DNA from: Phycisphaerae bacterium
GTDB lineage: Bacteria > Planctomycetota > Phycisphaerae > UBA1845 > Fen-1342
Reading direction: 5' to 3'
DNA length: 64,000 nucleotides
NCBI GenBank assembly: GCA_050115495.1
Contig: JASFQK010000018.1
Span: 66,429-130,428 of the forward strand
Each line of letters starts with the position of its first letter. Position 1 is the first letter of the stretch. Of the stretch, positions 1-10,398 are shown in pieces. Both the position numbers and the translations under genes were made by a program. The notes below the pieces were generated by a model. It had not been told where the DNA came from, made no database searches, and worked only from the letters and a program-made list of their open reading frames with translations.

Positions 1-1163
1 ATGAAGACGGCGCGCGTGGCGTACTCGGGGTCGGCCCAGTTGCCGTCCTCGATGTCGATCGTCTTCTCGATGATCGCCTCGAGCTCCTCGGGGGCGCGCA
101 CGGAGAAACGGCCGAGGGCGATGTCGGGGTAGTAATCGCTGCCACCGTCCATGCAGGCGTACTGGATATCGGTGTCGGGCGAGCCCGTGCCGCTGCCGGT
201 CCAGGCCGGGATGGTATCCGTGTCACCCACCAGCAGGATGTAGGCCGGCGAATCCGCGCCGCCGTAGAGGCTGGCGATGTAGTTCTTGATGGTCGTGGCG
301 CTCGTGCCCGCGGGAACCGTGTAGGTCTCGACGTCGTAGCCCTCGGCCGTCTTGTAGTTGGCGAAGGGGACGATATCGTCGGCGTAGGCTTGGGCGACGA
401 CGATCAGGTAGTCATTGTCGGCGCGGCCGCTGACGACCGGCACCAGACTGGGGTTCAGCACGACGCTCTGGAGCACCGGCAGCGGGAGCACCTGGCTCAT
501 CTGCCCGCCGACAAACTGCACTTCCACGTCGATCTGCGGGTAGAAGACAACCTGTTCGGCCGCGGGGTTGTAGGCGACCGGCCAGATCTCGAGGACCATC
601 AGGCGCTGGCCGCGCATGATGCCCAGCTCGCGGACGACGACGCGCTCGGTGCCGTAGTTCACGTTGCCGTAGGCCGCGGCGTCATAGACGAACTCGGCGT
701 TGTCGGCGGCGCCGGGGATCTTGGGCAGGGGGGGCTGAACGGGAACGAGCCGAAGCTGCGTCCCGAGCAGGTCGCTGCCGAACGCGTGGCCGGCGCCGGT
801 CCGGGCGCTGGCGGTCACTGCGGCGCCCAGCGGGGCGGTGAAGACCCGGCGGATCACCGGGACGGTGGGCTGACCGTACGTGCCGGCCACTGCCGAGTCC
901 GGCAGACGCACGCACGTGAACTCGCCGAGCTCGCTCTTGCGGTAGCTGAGAGCCAGACCGGGTGCGTCCACCGCAACGTGGAACCCGCCGCGGCCGAAGT
1001 CATCAACGGCCAGCGCGGGTGCCGCGGGCGGAGTCGCCTCCTTGATACCTACATCCCCTGACGGGCCGACCGTTACCCATTGGTCGGCGAGCGTCGCGCT
1101 TGTGCAACACAGGCCCAGGATCACCGGGGCCAACAATAGAAGCCACCTTCCTCGTGCGTGCAT
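1..1163 (-). CDS. C25 (gingipain-like) cysteine peptidase, N-terminal part; runs off the window's left edge
   Basis: Missing from the ORF track because it is open at the edge. Manual translation from ATG at 1163 (GGAGG upstream) gives signal peptide MHARGRWLLLLAPVILGLCC, then a propeptide and C25 region (YILLVGDTDTIP, YYPDIALGRFS, WADPEYATRAVFM) colinear with the neighbouring paralog. Confidence 0.85.
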   Translation of the reverse strand, partial: MHARGRWLLLLAPVILGLCCTSATLADQWVTVGPSGDVGIKEATPPAAPALAVDDFGRGGFHVAVDAPGLALSYRKSELGEFTCVRLPDSAVAGTYGQPTVPVIRRVFTAPLGAAVTASARTGAGHAFGSDLLGTQLRLVPVQPPLPKIPGAADNAEFVYDAAAYGNVNYGTERVVVRELGIMRGQRLMVLEIWPVAYNPAAEQVVFYPQIDVEVQFVGGQMSQVLPLPVLQSVVLNPSLVPVVSGRADNDYLIVVAQAYADDIVPFANYKTAEGYDVETYTVPAGTSATTIKNYIASLYGGADSPAYILLVGDTDTIPAWTGSGTGSPDTDIQYACMDGGSDYYPDIALGRFSVRAPEELEAIIEKTIDIEDGNWADPEYATRAVF

Positions 1164-1527
1164 GTAAGTGTTCCTCCAGGTGCGATACAGCGAGCGAGCG
1201 CGGTATCCGCCGCGCCGCGAAATCAATCCCGGCTAACCCCCCGTGAAGACCATACTCGGAACCGTAATCAGCAGAGCGTACGTGTAGTGCAGACCCATCA
1301 CGGAGTTGTCCATCCCATGCTCCGTTCCCCACGACCGGCTGGGCGCAGCGCACAGTCGATCGTTCCATTATCGCCTGTCGTCGTCGTAGACTCAAGCGGA
1401 TCGGCGTGGGTTGGCGCCAGTGCATTTGCGCACCACCGCCCACACCCGGTAATCGGGATACGTGTTATAGGATGGGCGCAGTTATCGGGCCACCGGCAGG
1501 AAGGCCGTGCGGATTCCCCCTCTCGGC

Positions 1528-1566
1528 TGTCCGGGTGCCGGCCGGGGCGGCCGGCACCCGGGAGTC
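1528..1566 (-). terminator. GC-rich hairpin downstream of the second C25 gene
   Basis: Inverted repeat CCGGGTGCCGGCCG...CGGCCGGCACCCGG just past the stop at 1582; no strong U-tract. Confidence 0.45.
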
Positions 1567-1581
1567 CACTCACTCAGCTAT

Positions 1582-4374
1582 TCAGGGGACGAGCAGGTTG
1601 ACGAACGGACTGATGTCAAAGTTGTCCACGATGTCGTCGCCGTTCACGTCCGCCAGGTCGCGGTCGCAGCCGGGGTACAGGTCGTAGTACTCCGGGTAGT
1701 CCGGCGCGGTGGCGTTCAGGGCCACCACGAAGGCCCGGATGTCGAAGTTGTCGACAAGGCCGTCGCAATTCAGATCACCGACGGTGTACTCCGGTTCGCC
1801 CGGCAGACCCCAGATGGCCACGTCGTCGATGTTCCAGCCGGAATACGCCCAGGCGGCGCTGCCGATGCGATAGCCCCAGCGGACGTAGACGGCCAGCTGA
1901 TTGTTGGCCAGGGCCGAGATATCGCAGGTGATCGGCGTCCAGGCGCTGTCCGTGATGGCCGTGTTGGCGTTGGCCCAGACTTCGGTCCACGTCGTGCCGT
2001 CGACGGAGACCTCGACGGTGTTCTTTACGTACGGCTGGTAGTCGCTGTTGAGCCAGCGCTGGAAGCGGACGCTCGTTTCGGTCAGGCCGGTGAGGTCGAC
2101 CGGGCCCATGCTCAGGTAGTAGGGCCCGCCGGGCGTGACCGAGTAGTCGCCGCTGAGGTTGACGCCGTAGACGTAGGCACCGGTGGCGCCGGCGGTCGGG
2201 TCGGGGTTGGGATGCAACACGCCGCCGCTGCCGGCCGGCTGGCCGAAGGCCCACTGCCCCATGGCGGACCAGCCGGGGTTCTCGTCGAGCGGCCAGGTGA
2301 GCAGGCTGGTGGGGACGCCGACCTTGAGCGTGATGAGGCGGGTGGCATCGCCGACGTGCGAGGTCTCATTGACGAACTCGACGGTGGCGACGTACGTGCC
2401 GTAGCCGAAGCTGTTGGCCGTGCTGTTGACGGTGACGGTGACTTCGGCGGTACCGTCGACGGGCAGCGTGCCCGCGCCGTTCCCGACGGTGACCCAGGTC
2501 TGGTCGGCGGTGGCCGAGTAGGTGAGCGGCTCGTCGGTGTTGTTGGTCAGCGTGTAGGTGACGCCGTCAGGCGTGAAGGGGCCGCCGGGCTGACCCTCGG
2601 CGATGAGGCCGCCGGCCGGATCGATGGCGAGATCGACGGCGCCGGGGCCGGGCAGGTAGAGGCTGGGGTCGCCCATGAGGTTGTACATCTCGAAGTAGCG
2701 GCGGGTGGTGCTGCCCGAGCCGAAGTATTCGAGGTAGCGGACGAGGGCACCCTGCCAGGCGGGGCTGACCTCGCGCTGCGGGTTCTCGGGGTCGTAAATG
2801 ACGTCGAAGAGCTTCTTCTCGAGGATGTCGTCCTCGGTCCAGTAGCTGTTCACGGAGGAGCCGTAGATGGCGATGGCGCCCTTGTTCTCCTCGCGGAGCC
2901 ACGTTTCGGTGAAGCACTCACTGGCCGTGAACTGGCCGGTGACGCAGGCGAAGCTGCACACGAAGGGGTAGAGCTGATAGTTCGTCAGGTTGCCGACGTC
3001 GCTCGCGGAGAACGGCGGGCCGTCGCCCCAACTGGTCGTGCCGCCGTGGCCGGAGTAGATGCCGTAGATGCGGCCGTCGTTGAAGGCGTTGCGGACCTGC
3101 TGCATGGTCGCGTTGTAGGTGTGGCAGTAGAGCTTGTCCGACTCGATACCGTTGGGAATCATGTAGTTGTTGATGACGTAGTTGTGTGTGCCCTCGCTGA
3201 CCTGGTAGTTGTCCTCCGAGGCCATGAAGACGGCTCGCAGGACGTAGTCGGGATCGGCGAACAGGCCCAACTCGAAGTCGATCGTCTTCTCGATCATGTT
3301 CGTCAGATCCGTGGGACTCTGCGTCGAGAAGCGGCCGATGGGGATGTCCGGGTACCAGTCGGTGGTGCCGTCCATGCACACGTAGTTCAGGTCGGTCGCC
3401 GGCGAGCCGGCGCCGCCGCCGGTCCAGCTCGGGATCGTGTTCGTGTCGCCGATCAGGAGCACGTAGTCCGGCGAATTGGCGCCGCCGTACAGGCCGGTGA
3501 TGTAGTTCTTGATGGTCGCGGCGCTGGCGCCGGCGGCCACTTCCTGCACGGTGACGTTGAAGCCCTGGTTCTGTTTGAAGGTGACGAAGTCGCCGATCTG
3601 GCCGGCGTAGGTGCTGGCCACGAGGATCAGGTAGTTGCCGCCACGGCTGCCGAGCCCCGCGGGCAACAGCGACGGATTCGCCACGACGCCCGCCAGCCCC
3701 GCCGGAGCCGACATCGTCGCGGGCGTTCCGCCGGCGAAGGACACGTTGACGACGGTGCGCGGATACAGGGTGACCTGCTCGGTGGCGGTGTCGTAGGCGA
3801 CCGGCCACACCTCGAGCAGCATCAGCCGCTGGCCGTGCATCACGCCCAGCTCGGTGACCGTCGCGCGCGCGGTGCCGTAGCTGATGCCGGCGTAAGCCTG
3901 TGCGTCGTAGATGAACGGGGCGTTCTCAATCGCTCCGGGGAGCTTCTCGATCGGCGGCTGCACGGGGGCGAGCAGCAGGCGGCGACCGACGGCGGCGGCG
4001 TCGAGCACCTCCAAGCCTTCGGTCTGCACGTCGAACGTCACGGTCGCGTCCGGTGGCGCCACGAAGATCCGGCGAACCACCGCGATCCCCGGTGCGCCGA
4101 TCTGCCCGGCGAGCGGGCTGTCCGGCAGCGTCAGTTCCACGAACGTACCAGCGTCGGTCTGCTGATCGATCAGCTCCAACCCGAGCACGTCCACCATGAG
4201 CTCGAAGCCCTCGCGGCCGTCGTCCTGCACCTGGACGTACGGTGCCTGGGCAGGGGCCATCTGCGGCTGCCCGGTGCCGACCGGCAGCCAGTCGCCGGCC
4301 ACAGCCCCGGCCGGGATCAGCAGTATGAGAGCCATGATCGACAAGCTCAGCCGCCATCCACATCGCACATGCAT
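1582..4374 (-). CDS. C25 (gingipain-like) cysteine peptidase with propeptide, catalytic domain, Ig/BACON-like and beta-sandwich domains, and C-terminal dockerin-like domain
   Basis: Start moved to ATG 4374 (GGAGGT RBS, signal peptide). Motifs YVLLIGD, DIPIGRF, catalytic YSGHG and FACVTG, YNLMGDP. C-terminus GDLNCDGLVDNFDI...ADVNGDDIVDNFDISPF. Confidence 0.88.
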   Translation of the reverse strand: MHVRCGWRLSLSIMALILLIPAGAVAGDWLPVGTGQPQMAPAQAPYVQVQDDGREGFELMVDVLGLELIDQQTDAGTFVELTLPDSPLAGQIGAPGIAVVRRIFVAPPDATVTFDVQTEGLEVLDAAAVGRRLLLAPVQPPIEKLPGAIENAPFIYDAQAYAGISYGTARATVTELGVMHGQRLMLLEVWPVAYDTATEQVTLYPRTVVNVSFAGGTPATMSAPAGLAGVVANPSLLPAGLGSRGGNYLILVASTYAGQIGDFVTFKQNQGFNVTVQEVAAGASAATIKNYITGLYGGANSPDYVLLIGDTNTIPSWTGGGAGSPATDLNYVCMDGTTDWYPDIPIGRFSTQSPTDLTNMIEKTIDFELGLFADPDYVLRAVFMASEDNYQVSEGTHNYVINNYMIPNGIESDKLYCHTYNATMQQVRNAFNDGRIYGIYSGHGGTTSWGDGPPFSASDVGNLTNYQLYPFVCSFACVTGQFTASECFTETWLREENKGAIAIYGSSVNSYWTEDDILEKKLFDVIYDPENPQREVSPAWQGALVRYLEYFGSGSTTRRYFEMYNLMGDPSLYLPGPGAVDLAIDPAGGLIAEGQPGGPFTPDGVTYTLTNNTDEPLTYSATADQTWVTVGNGAGTLPVDGTAEVTVTVNSTANSFGYGTYVATVEFVNETSHVGDATRLITLKVGVPTSLLTWPLDENPGWSAMGQWAFGQPAGSGGVLHPNPDPTAGATGAYVYGVNLSGDYSVTPGGPYYLSMGPVDLTGLTETSVRFQRWLNSDYQPYVKNTVEVSVDGTTWTEVWANANTAITDSAWTPITCDISALANNQLAVYVRWGYRIGSAAWAYSGWNIDDVAIWGLPGEPEYTVGDLNCDGLVDNFDIRAFVVALNATAPDYPEYYDLYPGCDRDLADVNGDDIVDNFDISPFVNLLVP

Positions 4375-4780
4375 GACCACACCTCCACCAGTTGGACCCA
4401 ACGGTCGGCGGCGACCAAGCGCAGTCCTCGCGCATGGCCGGCGGCCGATTCGAGTGAAAAAGGGAAACAGCACCTCTGTAGTCCGAGACTTCGCGCGGAT
4501 CGTGCCCCGCGTCGGGGACGCGCGCTTCTGCCCGCCGTCAAGCTGATTGGACCATCCCAGGCGCGTGACCATGGCGCCCACGCCTTCAACCTGCCGGCTC
4601 GACCGTCATTATCCCGGCTCCGCCCCAGGCATACAACAGATTTCGGCGGATTTCCGGCCTTGCGTCACGCCGGTGACGACCTTCGCCGCCGCTGGAACTG
4701 GACGGGCGCAGCCACGCAGGTACCATAAGCTGCTGTTGTTGACCGGCGCATCCAGCCGCACGCGAACTGAGCGATCCGAT

Positions 4781-5785
4781 ATGAAGCCCCTCCTGGTTAT
4801 TCCGCCTGCCCCAGCGCGATGGGCAGCTTTGCGCGCCTTGCCACTGCACGAAGACCCGCTGTGGTGGGACGACCTTCACAAACGCTTCGCCGACGGCGTT
4901 CCCGGGACGCAGGACGCCTTCGCCCTGGTCAGCGACGGCGGGCTGATCCTGGGCTGCGCCTCCATCAGCAAACGGCATGACGTCGGCGTGCTGACCCGCC
5001 TGTTCGTTCAGGCGGACCACCGCCGGCAGGGGCTGGCCCGAGCGCTCACCGAGACGCTGCTGTCCTGGTTCGACATGACCGGCGGCAAGTGGCTTTATGG
5101 GACGACTACCACGGAACTCGCCGAGACGCTCTTCGGCGGCCTGGGGTTCTCGGTCCTGCACAGGGCCCCGCGAGAGCCGCACGACGCCGTCGTGCTGGTG
5201 CGGCGGGCGGACGATGTACCGCCGGACCCGCTCCTTACGGCCGACGGAGCCTTCAGCATTCACGACGTGACGCGGGCCAATTGGCCGACGCTGGCCACAC
5301 TTCTTTACAATCGGGCCGGGCCCGATCCGCGGGCCAGCCTCGACGAGTCGGCGGTCGCCGCCGAACGCAGCACGCTCGAACTGCTCGCCCAGCAGGAAGC
5401 GGGTACGTGCCAGCTCAAGGCGGCGTTCCACGGGGCCCGCTTGGTCGCGCTGGCGTCGGTGGCGCTCGACGCTCCCGGCGATCGCACGTACGCCGTCATC
5501 ATGCCGCACGACGACGCGCCTGAGAAACTGCGTGATACGGTCATTCAGTTCGCTCGCGGGCGCGGTTACGCCAACGTCGATTTCCCGATGGAGGCGCTGG
5601 CTCCGAGGCGTCCGGTCCGGCGACCGGGTCCGCCAGTGTCGGCGCAGGAGAAAGCCGCGGCTCCGTCCGCTGAGACAGTGGACGCGTCCGCACCGCCCGC
5701 CGAAACGACGGAGACGCCCGAACTGCCCGCCGAGCCGGAACCGGTCACGCCGCCGGCGGCGGTGGAGGGTGAGCAGCGGGGCTGA
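4781..5785 (+). CDS. GNAT-family N-acetyltransferase with Pro/Ala/Glu-rich tail
   Basis: Acetyl-CoA motif A LFVQADHRRQGLARAL and FGGLGF; start placed at ATG 4781. Confidence 0.7.
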   Translation: MKPLLVIPPAPARWAALRALPLHEDPLWWDDLHKRFADGVPGTQDAFALVSDGGLILGCASISKRHDVGVLTRLFVQADHRRQGLARALTETLLSWFDMTGGKWLYGTTTTELAETLFGGLGFSVLHRAPREPHDAVVLVRRADDVPPDPLLTADGAFSIHDVTRANWPTLATLLYNRAGPDPRASLDESAVAAERSTLELLAQQEAGTCQLKAAFHGARLVALASVALDAPGDRTYAVIMPHDDAPEKLRDTVIQFARGRGYANVDFPMEALAPRRPVRRPGPPVSAQEKAAAPSAETVDASAPPAETTETPELPAEPEPVTPPAAVEGEQRG

Positions 5786-5808
5786 GGCCCGGCGGCGATG
5801 GGGGTTGC

Positions 5809-6711
5809 CTACAGATCCAGTCCGATGTCCAACGCCGGCGCGGAGTGTGTGAGTGCGCCGCAGGAGATGCGATCGACGCCGGTAGCGGCGATGTCGGCGA
5901 TGCGCTCGAACGTGACGCCACCGCTGGCTTCGAGCTCGGGGCGGCCGTCGCGGCCAGCGGCGTCGCGCTGGGCCACGGCCTCGCGCATCTGCTCGGGCGT
6001 GAAGTTGTCCAGCAAGACGATGTCCACGCGCTGCACGCGGCAGACTTCGGGCAGTTGCGCCAGGCTGTCGATCTCGACCTCGACGAAGCTTGGTTGCGTC
6101 GTGAGCCGGGCGAGCATCTCTTCGAGCGCCGTGGCGAGCCCGCCGACGGGGATGCCCGCCAGGTGGTTGTCCTTGATGAGCACGGCGTCGTGCAGGCCGA
6201 AGCGGTGGTTCGTTCCGCCGGCGATGCGCACGGCGTACTTGTGTAGCTCACGCCAGCCGGGCAGCGTCTTGCGCGTGTCCAGGATCTTCACCGCCGGGCT
6301 GACGGCACGGGCGGCCTGAACGTATCGGCGGGTCAGCGTGGCCACGCCGCTGAGATGCGTGAGGAAGTTGAGTAGCGTACGTTCGACGGTGAGGACGGCG
6401 GCACGCGGGCCGGAGATGGTGGCCACGCACGTGCCGGGCGAGACGCTGGCGCCGTCGGCACACGGCTGTTCGCCGCGCGATGCCGGTGTGAATTGCAGGG
6501 TGGCTCCGAGACGTCGCGAGAACGTAGCGCAAATGTCCGGGCCAAGCGCGAGGCCGCAGATGACGCCGGCCTGACGGGCGACGAGCCCCGCGGAGACCTG
6601 CTCGTCAGAGACGGCGAGCAGGGCGGAGGTGATGTCGCCGGCGGTGCCGAGATCTTCCTCGCAGGCGGCGGTGATCAGATCGAGCGTGCGTTTGGACCAG
6701 GTTGGCGTCAT
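5809..6711 (-). CDS. nadC: Nicotinate-nucleotide diphosphorylase (quinolinate phosphoribosyltransferase)
   Basis: EDLG..GDIT, ERTLLNFL, DTRKTLPG, NHRFGL, LIKDNH, LLDNF, EASGG, LDIGLD. Confidence 0.96.
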   Translation of the reverse strand: MTPTWSKRTLDLITAACEEDLGTAGDITSALLAVSDEQVSAGLVARQAGVICGLALGPDICATFSRRLGATLQFTPASRGEQPCADGASVSPGTCVATISGPRAAVLTVERTLLNFLTHLSGVATLTRRYVQAARAVSPAVKILDTRKTLPGWRELHKYAVRIAGGTNHRFGLHDAVLIKDNHLAGIPVGGLATALEEMLARLTTQPSFVEVEIDSLAQLPEVCRVQRVDIVLLDNFTPEQMREAVAQRDAAGRDGRPELEASGGVTFERIADIAATGVDRISCGALTHSAPALDIGLDL

Positions 6712-6729
6712 GGTTCGTCACTCGCCGGA

Positions 6730-7536
6730 CTACTTGCCCGTGAAGCGCGGCGGTCGCCGAGCGAGGAAGGCTGCGACGCCTTCCGCGTGATCGGTGGACT
6801 TCGCGGCGGTTGCCTGCTGGAAGGCCTCGTATTCCAGTTGCTCGTCGAGCGTGGCGGTCCAGGCGTGGTTGAGGGCCCGCTTGGCCAGCCCGATGGCCTG
6901 CGTGGGCTTGGCGGCCAGTCGGCGGGCGAACTCCTGGGCCGCCGCCGCCAGCTCCTCATCATCGACGACGCGGTTGACCAGCCCCCAGCTCAGCGCATCC
7001 TCGGCCGAGACCGGCTCGCCGAGCATGCACATCTCCGCAGCGCGGGCGTAGCCGGCCTGTTGCACGAGCGTCTGCGTCGAGGCCATGTCCGGCACGAGAC
7101 CGATGTTCACGAAGGCCATGATCAGCTTGGCGCTGCGGGCACACAGCCGCAGGTCGGCGGCTAGCGCGAGACTGGCGCCGCCGCCGGCGGCCACACCGTT
7201 GATGGCGGCAATGACCGGCATCTCCATCGTGCGCAGGCGGACGATCAGCGGGTTGTAGCGCTGCCGCAGGATGGCGCCGAGCTCGAGGCCCTCGTCGTCC
7301 AGCTTGCCGTCGCGGGCGGCGGCCAGCTCCTTGAGATCCTGGCCGGCACAGAAGGCTCGCCCGGCGCCGGTGAGCACGATACAGCGCACGGCGTCGTTGC
7401 GCTGGGCCAGGCGCAGGGCCGTGCCCAGCTCGACGCTCATCGGCCCGTTGAGGGCGTTCAGTGCATCAGGCCGGTTCAGCGTGATGGTCAGCACGCCTTC
7501 GGCCGAGTCGGTCCAGATGGTTGAGAAGGATGTCAC
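6730..7536 (-). CDS. Enoyl-CoA hydratase/isomerase (PaaG-like crotonase)
   Basis: LNRPDALNAL, GAGRAFCAGQDL, AAINGVAAGGG, EGVAAFLARRPPRF. Confidence 0.88.
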   Translation of the reverse strand: MTSFSTIWTDSAEGVLTITLNRPDALNALNGPMSVELGTALRLAQRNDAVRCIVLTGAGRAFCAGQDLKELAAARDGKLDDEGLELGAILRQRYNPLIVRLRTMEMPVIAAINGVAAGGGASLALAADLRLCARSAKLIMAFVNIGLVPDMASTQTLVQQAGYARAAEMCMLGEPVSAEDALSWGLVNRVVDDEELAAAAQEFARRLAAKPTQAIGLAKRALNHAWTATLDEQLEYEAFQQATAAKSTDHAEGVAAFLARRPPRFTGK

Positions 7537-7547
7537 GCGCTGCTCCT

Positions 7548-8318
7548 TCAGCGTCCCACGAAGACCGCGGGCCGTTGTTCGAGGAAGGCCCGCATGCCCT
7601 CGCGCTGGTCCGCGGTGCCAAAGAGCAGGTGGCGCAGGCTGCGCTCCAGGGCCAGCCCGTCGCGCAGGGCGGCCTGCTCGGCGTGGAGGATGGCGGCCTT
7701 GGCCATTTGCAGCGCCAGCGGTGGGCGCGTGGCCAGATCGCGGCAGACGTTGAGGGCTTCGTGGTAATACTGCTCGCGCGGCACGACCCGGCTGACCAGG
7801 CCCATGGCCAGCGCTTCGCGGGCGGTGATGCTGCGCCCGGTGAGCAGCAGGTCCATGGCTCGTGCCTTACCGGCCAGGTGTGTGAGGCGCTGCGTCGCTC
7901 CGCCGGCCGGCAGGGCACCCATGCCCACTTCGGGCAGAGCCAGCCGGGCGGTCTCCGCAGCGATGACGATGTCACAGGCCAGCAGTAGGGCACAGCCGGC
8001 GCCGATCGCCTGGCCGCTGACCGCCGCCACCAGCGGCTTGCGCAGTTGCTGCAACCGTTCCCAACGGCGGGCGGCGTCGCGGTGATAGACCTCGACCGCC
8101 GACGCGTCGGCGAGTTCGGTGACGTCTTCGCCGGCGCAGAAGGCCCGCTCGCCGCCGGCCAGCAGCAGGCAGCGGACGTCGCCGTCGGCGTCGAAGCGTT
8201 CGGCCGCGGCAGCGATCTGGTCGAAGGTCTTGAGGTTCAGCGTGTTCAGCGTCTCCGGCCGGTTGAGCCGGATGATGCCGATCGGTCCGTCGCGTTCGGT
8301 GAGGGTTTCGGCCGCCAT
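7548..8318 (-). CDS. Enoyl-CoA hydratase (PaaF-like crotonase)
   Basis: LNRPETLN, AFCAGED, LPEVGMGALPAGGATQRL, DQREGMRAF; start ATG 8318 preceded by a TACGAT -10-like box. Confidence 0.85.
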   Translation of the reverse strand: MAAETLTERDGPIGIIRLNRPETLNTLNLKTFDQIAAAAERFDADGDVRCLLLAGGERAFCAGEDVTELADASAVEVYHRDAARRWERLQQLRKPLVAAVSGQAIGAGCALLLACDIVIAAETARLALPEVGMGALPAGGATQRLTHLAGKARAMDLLLTGRSITAREALAMGLVSRVVPREQYYHEALNVCRDLATRPPLALQMAKAAILHAEQAALRDGLALERSLRHLLFGTADQREGMRAFLEQRPAVFVGR

Positions 8319-8370
8319 GGCCGAATCGTAAACGACAGGCGCACCCGGGTTCAAGCCGCGCGGCCGCCGC

Positions 8371-9525
8371 TCAGGACTCGGATTTGGGCGGAGCAGCGGG
8401 CCGTGGGGCGGGGCGTTCTTCGGGGTGGGTCAGTCCGGTGAGGTAGGCGACCAGTGCCGTGAGCACGCAAACCGCCACGTAGAGCGGTACCGCGTAGCGT
8501 GTGCGAATGACCGGACCGCTCGGCCGCACCCACATCATCAGCAGCCCGGCGCCCACGTAGAGCATGGTCAGCCCGTACGAGATCAGCACGGTCTGCCGCA
8601 CCGACAGGCCGCGGTGCACGAGCTGATCGTAGAAATGGCTGCGGTCGCCCTCGAAGATCGAGCGCCCGCTCCGCCAGCGGCGGAACATCGCCAGCGCTGT
8701 GTCGAAAATCGGCAGGGCGAAGATCATCAGCGCCGCGATCACCCAGCGCAGAATGGCCTGCTCGGCGAACAGGACGATGAGCAGGCCGCAGTTGTAGCCC
8801 AGCAGCACGCTGCCGGCGTCGCCCATGAAGATGCGGGCCGGGTTGAAGTTCCACGGCAGAAAGCCGATGGCGGCTCCGCACATGGCGATGGCCAGCAGCA
8901 GCCGCAGCGGATCGCCCGATTGGCTGTAGCCCCACAACGCCAAGTGCGAAGCCAGCAGGAAGAAGCCCAGCGAGATGATGGCCGTCACGCCCGAGCACAA
9001 TCCGTCCAGCCCGTCGATCAGGTTCGCCGAGTTGCACGCCCCGAGCACAATCAGGAGGCTGATGACCACGGAGGCGGGCACGGCGAGGAAGCCGGGCACG
9101 GAGAATCCGAACTGCCCGAGCATGGCCTCAACCAGCCGGCCCCCGGCGCCGGTGGTGATCAGCACCGCGGCGACGATGACGGCGCCGATGATCAGCCGCC
9201 ACTTCGGGGCGATACCGCGGATGTCGTCGACGAGTCCCATGATGGAGATCGCCACGCCGCCCAGCAGCACCGGGAGCAGTAGCGGCCAGTCGACGATCCC
9301 TCGTGCCAGCCCCACGATCAGCGCCAGCGTCCAGGCCAGGCAGATGGCCGCCCCGCCGAGGTAGGGGGTCGGCTTCGCGTGGGGCTTGAGGAACGTATCG
9401 GGGAAGTCCATCACGCCGAAGCGCTGCGCCACGCGCATCGCCAGCGGCGTGGCGAAGACGGCGACGACGAAGGCGGTCAGCCCATAGCCGCCATACACGG
9501 AGAGCAGGTCCCAGAACGCATCCAT
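8371..9525 (-). CDS. MraY/WecA-family (GT4) undecaprenyl-phosphate sugar-1-phosphate transferase
   Basis: KPHAKPTPYLGG, GLVDD, NLIDGLDGL, NFNPARIFMGDAGS, DRSHFY; multiple TM helices. Confidence 0.9.
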   Translation of the reverse strand: MDAFWDLLSVYGGYGLTAFVVAVFATPLAMRVAQRFGVMDFPDTFLKPHAKPTPYLGGAAICLAWTLALIVGLARGIVDWPLLLPVLLGGVAISIMGLVDDIRGIAPKWRLIIGAVIVAAVLITTGAGGRLVEAMLGQFGFSVPGFLAVPASVVISLLIVLGACNSANLIDGLDGLCSGVTAIISLGFFLLASHLALWGYSQSGDPLRLLLAIAMCGAAIGFLPWNFNPARIFMGDAGSVLLGYNCGLLIVLFAEQAILRWVIAALMIFALPIFDTALAMFRRWRSGRSIFEGDRSHFYDQLVHRGLSVRQTVLISYGLTMLYVGAGLLMMWVRPSGPVIRTRYAVPLYVAVCVLTALVAYLTGLTHPEERPAPRPAAPPKSES

Positions 9526-9633
9526 CGCGGCGTTACTATACTCATTTCCCCCGCGATGCGAAGTGCGCGCGGGCCCGTTCCCTGAGCTCCGCGCGCATTT
9601 GGATGCCGTGAAGGTCGTTGGCCGCGGGGCCGC

Positions 9634-10398
9634 CTACTGCCGGCGGCGCCAGGTGAAGAGGAGGGCTACGCCGCCTGCGCCGGCCAGCATGACGACTTCC
9701 GGCTCGGGAACGGCGGTGACCTCGACGACGAGATCGTTGTAATCCGCGTCGCCCAGGTCGGGCAGGTCCTCCCAGCACAGCAGCCAGTGCTTCAGCCCGT
9801 CGTCGAGGCCGGTTAGCTCGTACGTTACCAGGTGGTCGTCGCCATCGGTGTTGCCGCCGATATCGGAGTACCAGGTCAGACCGCTGCCACTGCGGGCCCA
9901 GGTCCAGGCGTCGTTGCGGGCGAAGGAAAGCGTTGCCCCGCCACTGACGTTTGTGCCGCTGCCGGAGACGTCGAACAGCTTCGCGTAGCCGGCGTTGTCG
10001 CCGAGCAGGTCGTAGCCGAACTCCTGGGCGTACGCTGCGTAGCGGGCCCGGGCCTCAGCGGAGACGGCCTGGCCGGTCCAGACGGCGTCCGTGGCGTCGC
10101 CGGGAGAATTCCAGAAGGCATCCAGGATGCCGTTTAGCCCGAAGTCGTCGACGCGGATCGCGCTCAGTGTGCCGTTGGTGAAGTCGACGTAGGCGTCACG
10201 GGCGTCCCGCCGATCGCCGAAGGGCTCCCACGCTGTGCCGGGAGAGAAGGCGGCTTCGAGGATGGCGGGGTGACCGAGTTCGCCCGAGTGTGTGGGGGCG
10301 GCGATGGGGACGAAGTCCGCTGTCGCCGGTCCCGCCGCGAGGGCGATCCATGTCGCTGTGCCGAGAAGCAGTGTTGTCCAGCCGCGTGTGTTCATCAT
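9634..10398 (-). CDS. PEP-CTERM-like secreted protein with DUF4114-like WEDL..DxDYNDLV motif
   Basis: Signal peptide after MMNTRG; WEDLPDLGDADYNDLVV; C-terminal VPEP + hydrophobic stretch + WRRRQ. Confidence 0.82.
   Translation of the reverse strand: MMNTRGWTTLLLGTATWIALAAGPATADFVPIAAPTHSGELGHPAILEAAFSPGTAWEPFGDRRDARDAYVDFTNGTLSAIRVDDFGLNGILDAFWNSPGDATDAVWTGQAVSAEARARYAAYAQEFGYDLLGDNAGYAKLFDVSGSGTNVSGGATLSFARNDAWTWARSGSGLTWYSDIGGNTDGDDHLVTYELTGLDDGLKHWLLCWEDLPDLGDADYNDLVVEVTAVPEPEVVMLAGAGGVALLFTWRRRQ

Noticed and set aside
1507..4728. Long antisense ORFs (also 10270-12246, 22015-24297, 33031-35439, 48763-50631, 49671-51806, 60507-63032)
   Set aside because: Shadow frames of well-supported genes in high-GC DNA, with no recognisable motifs.
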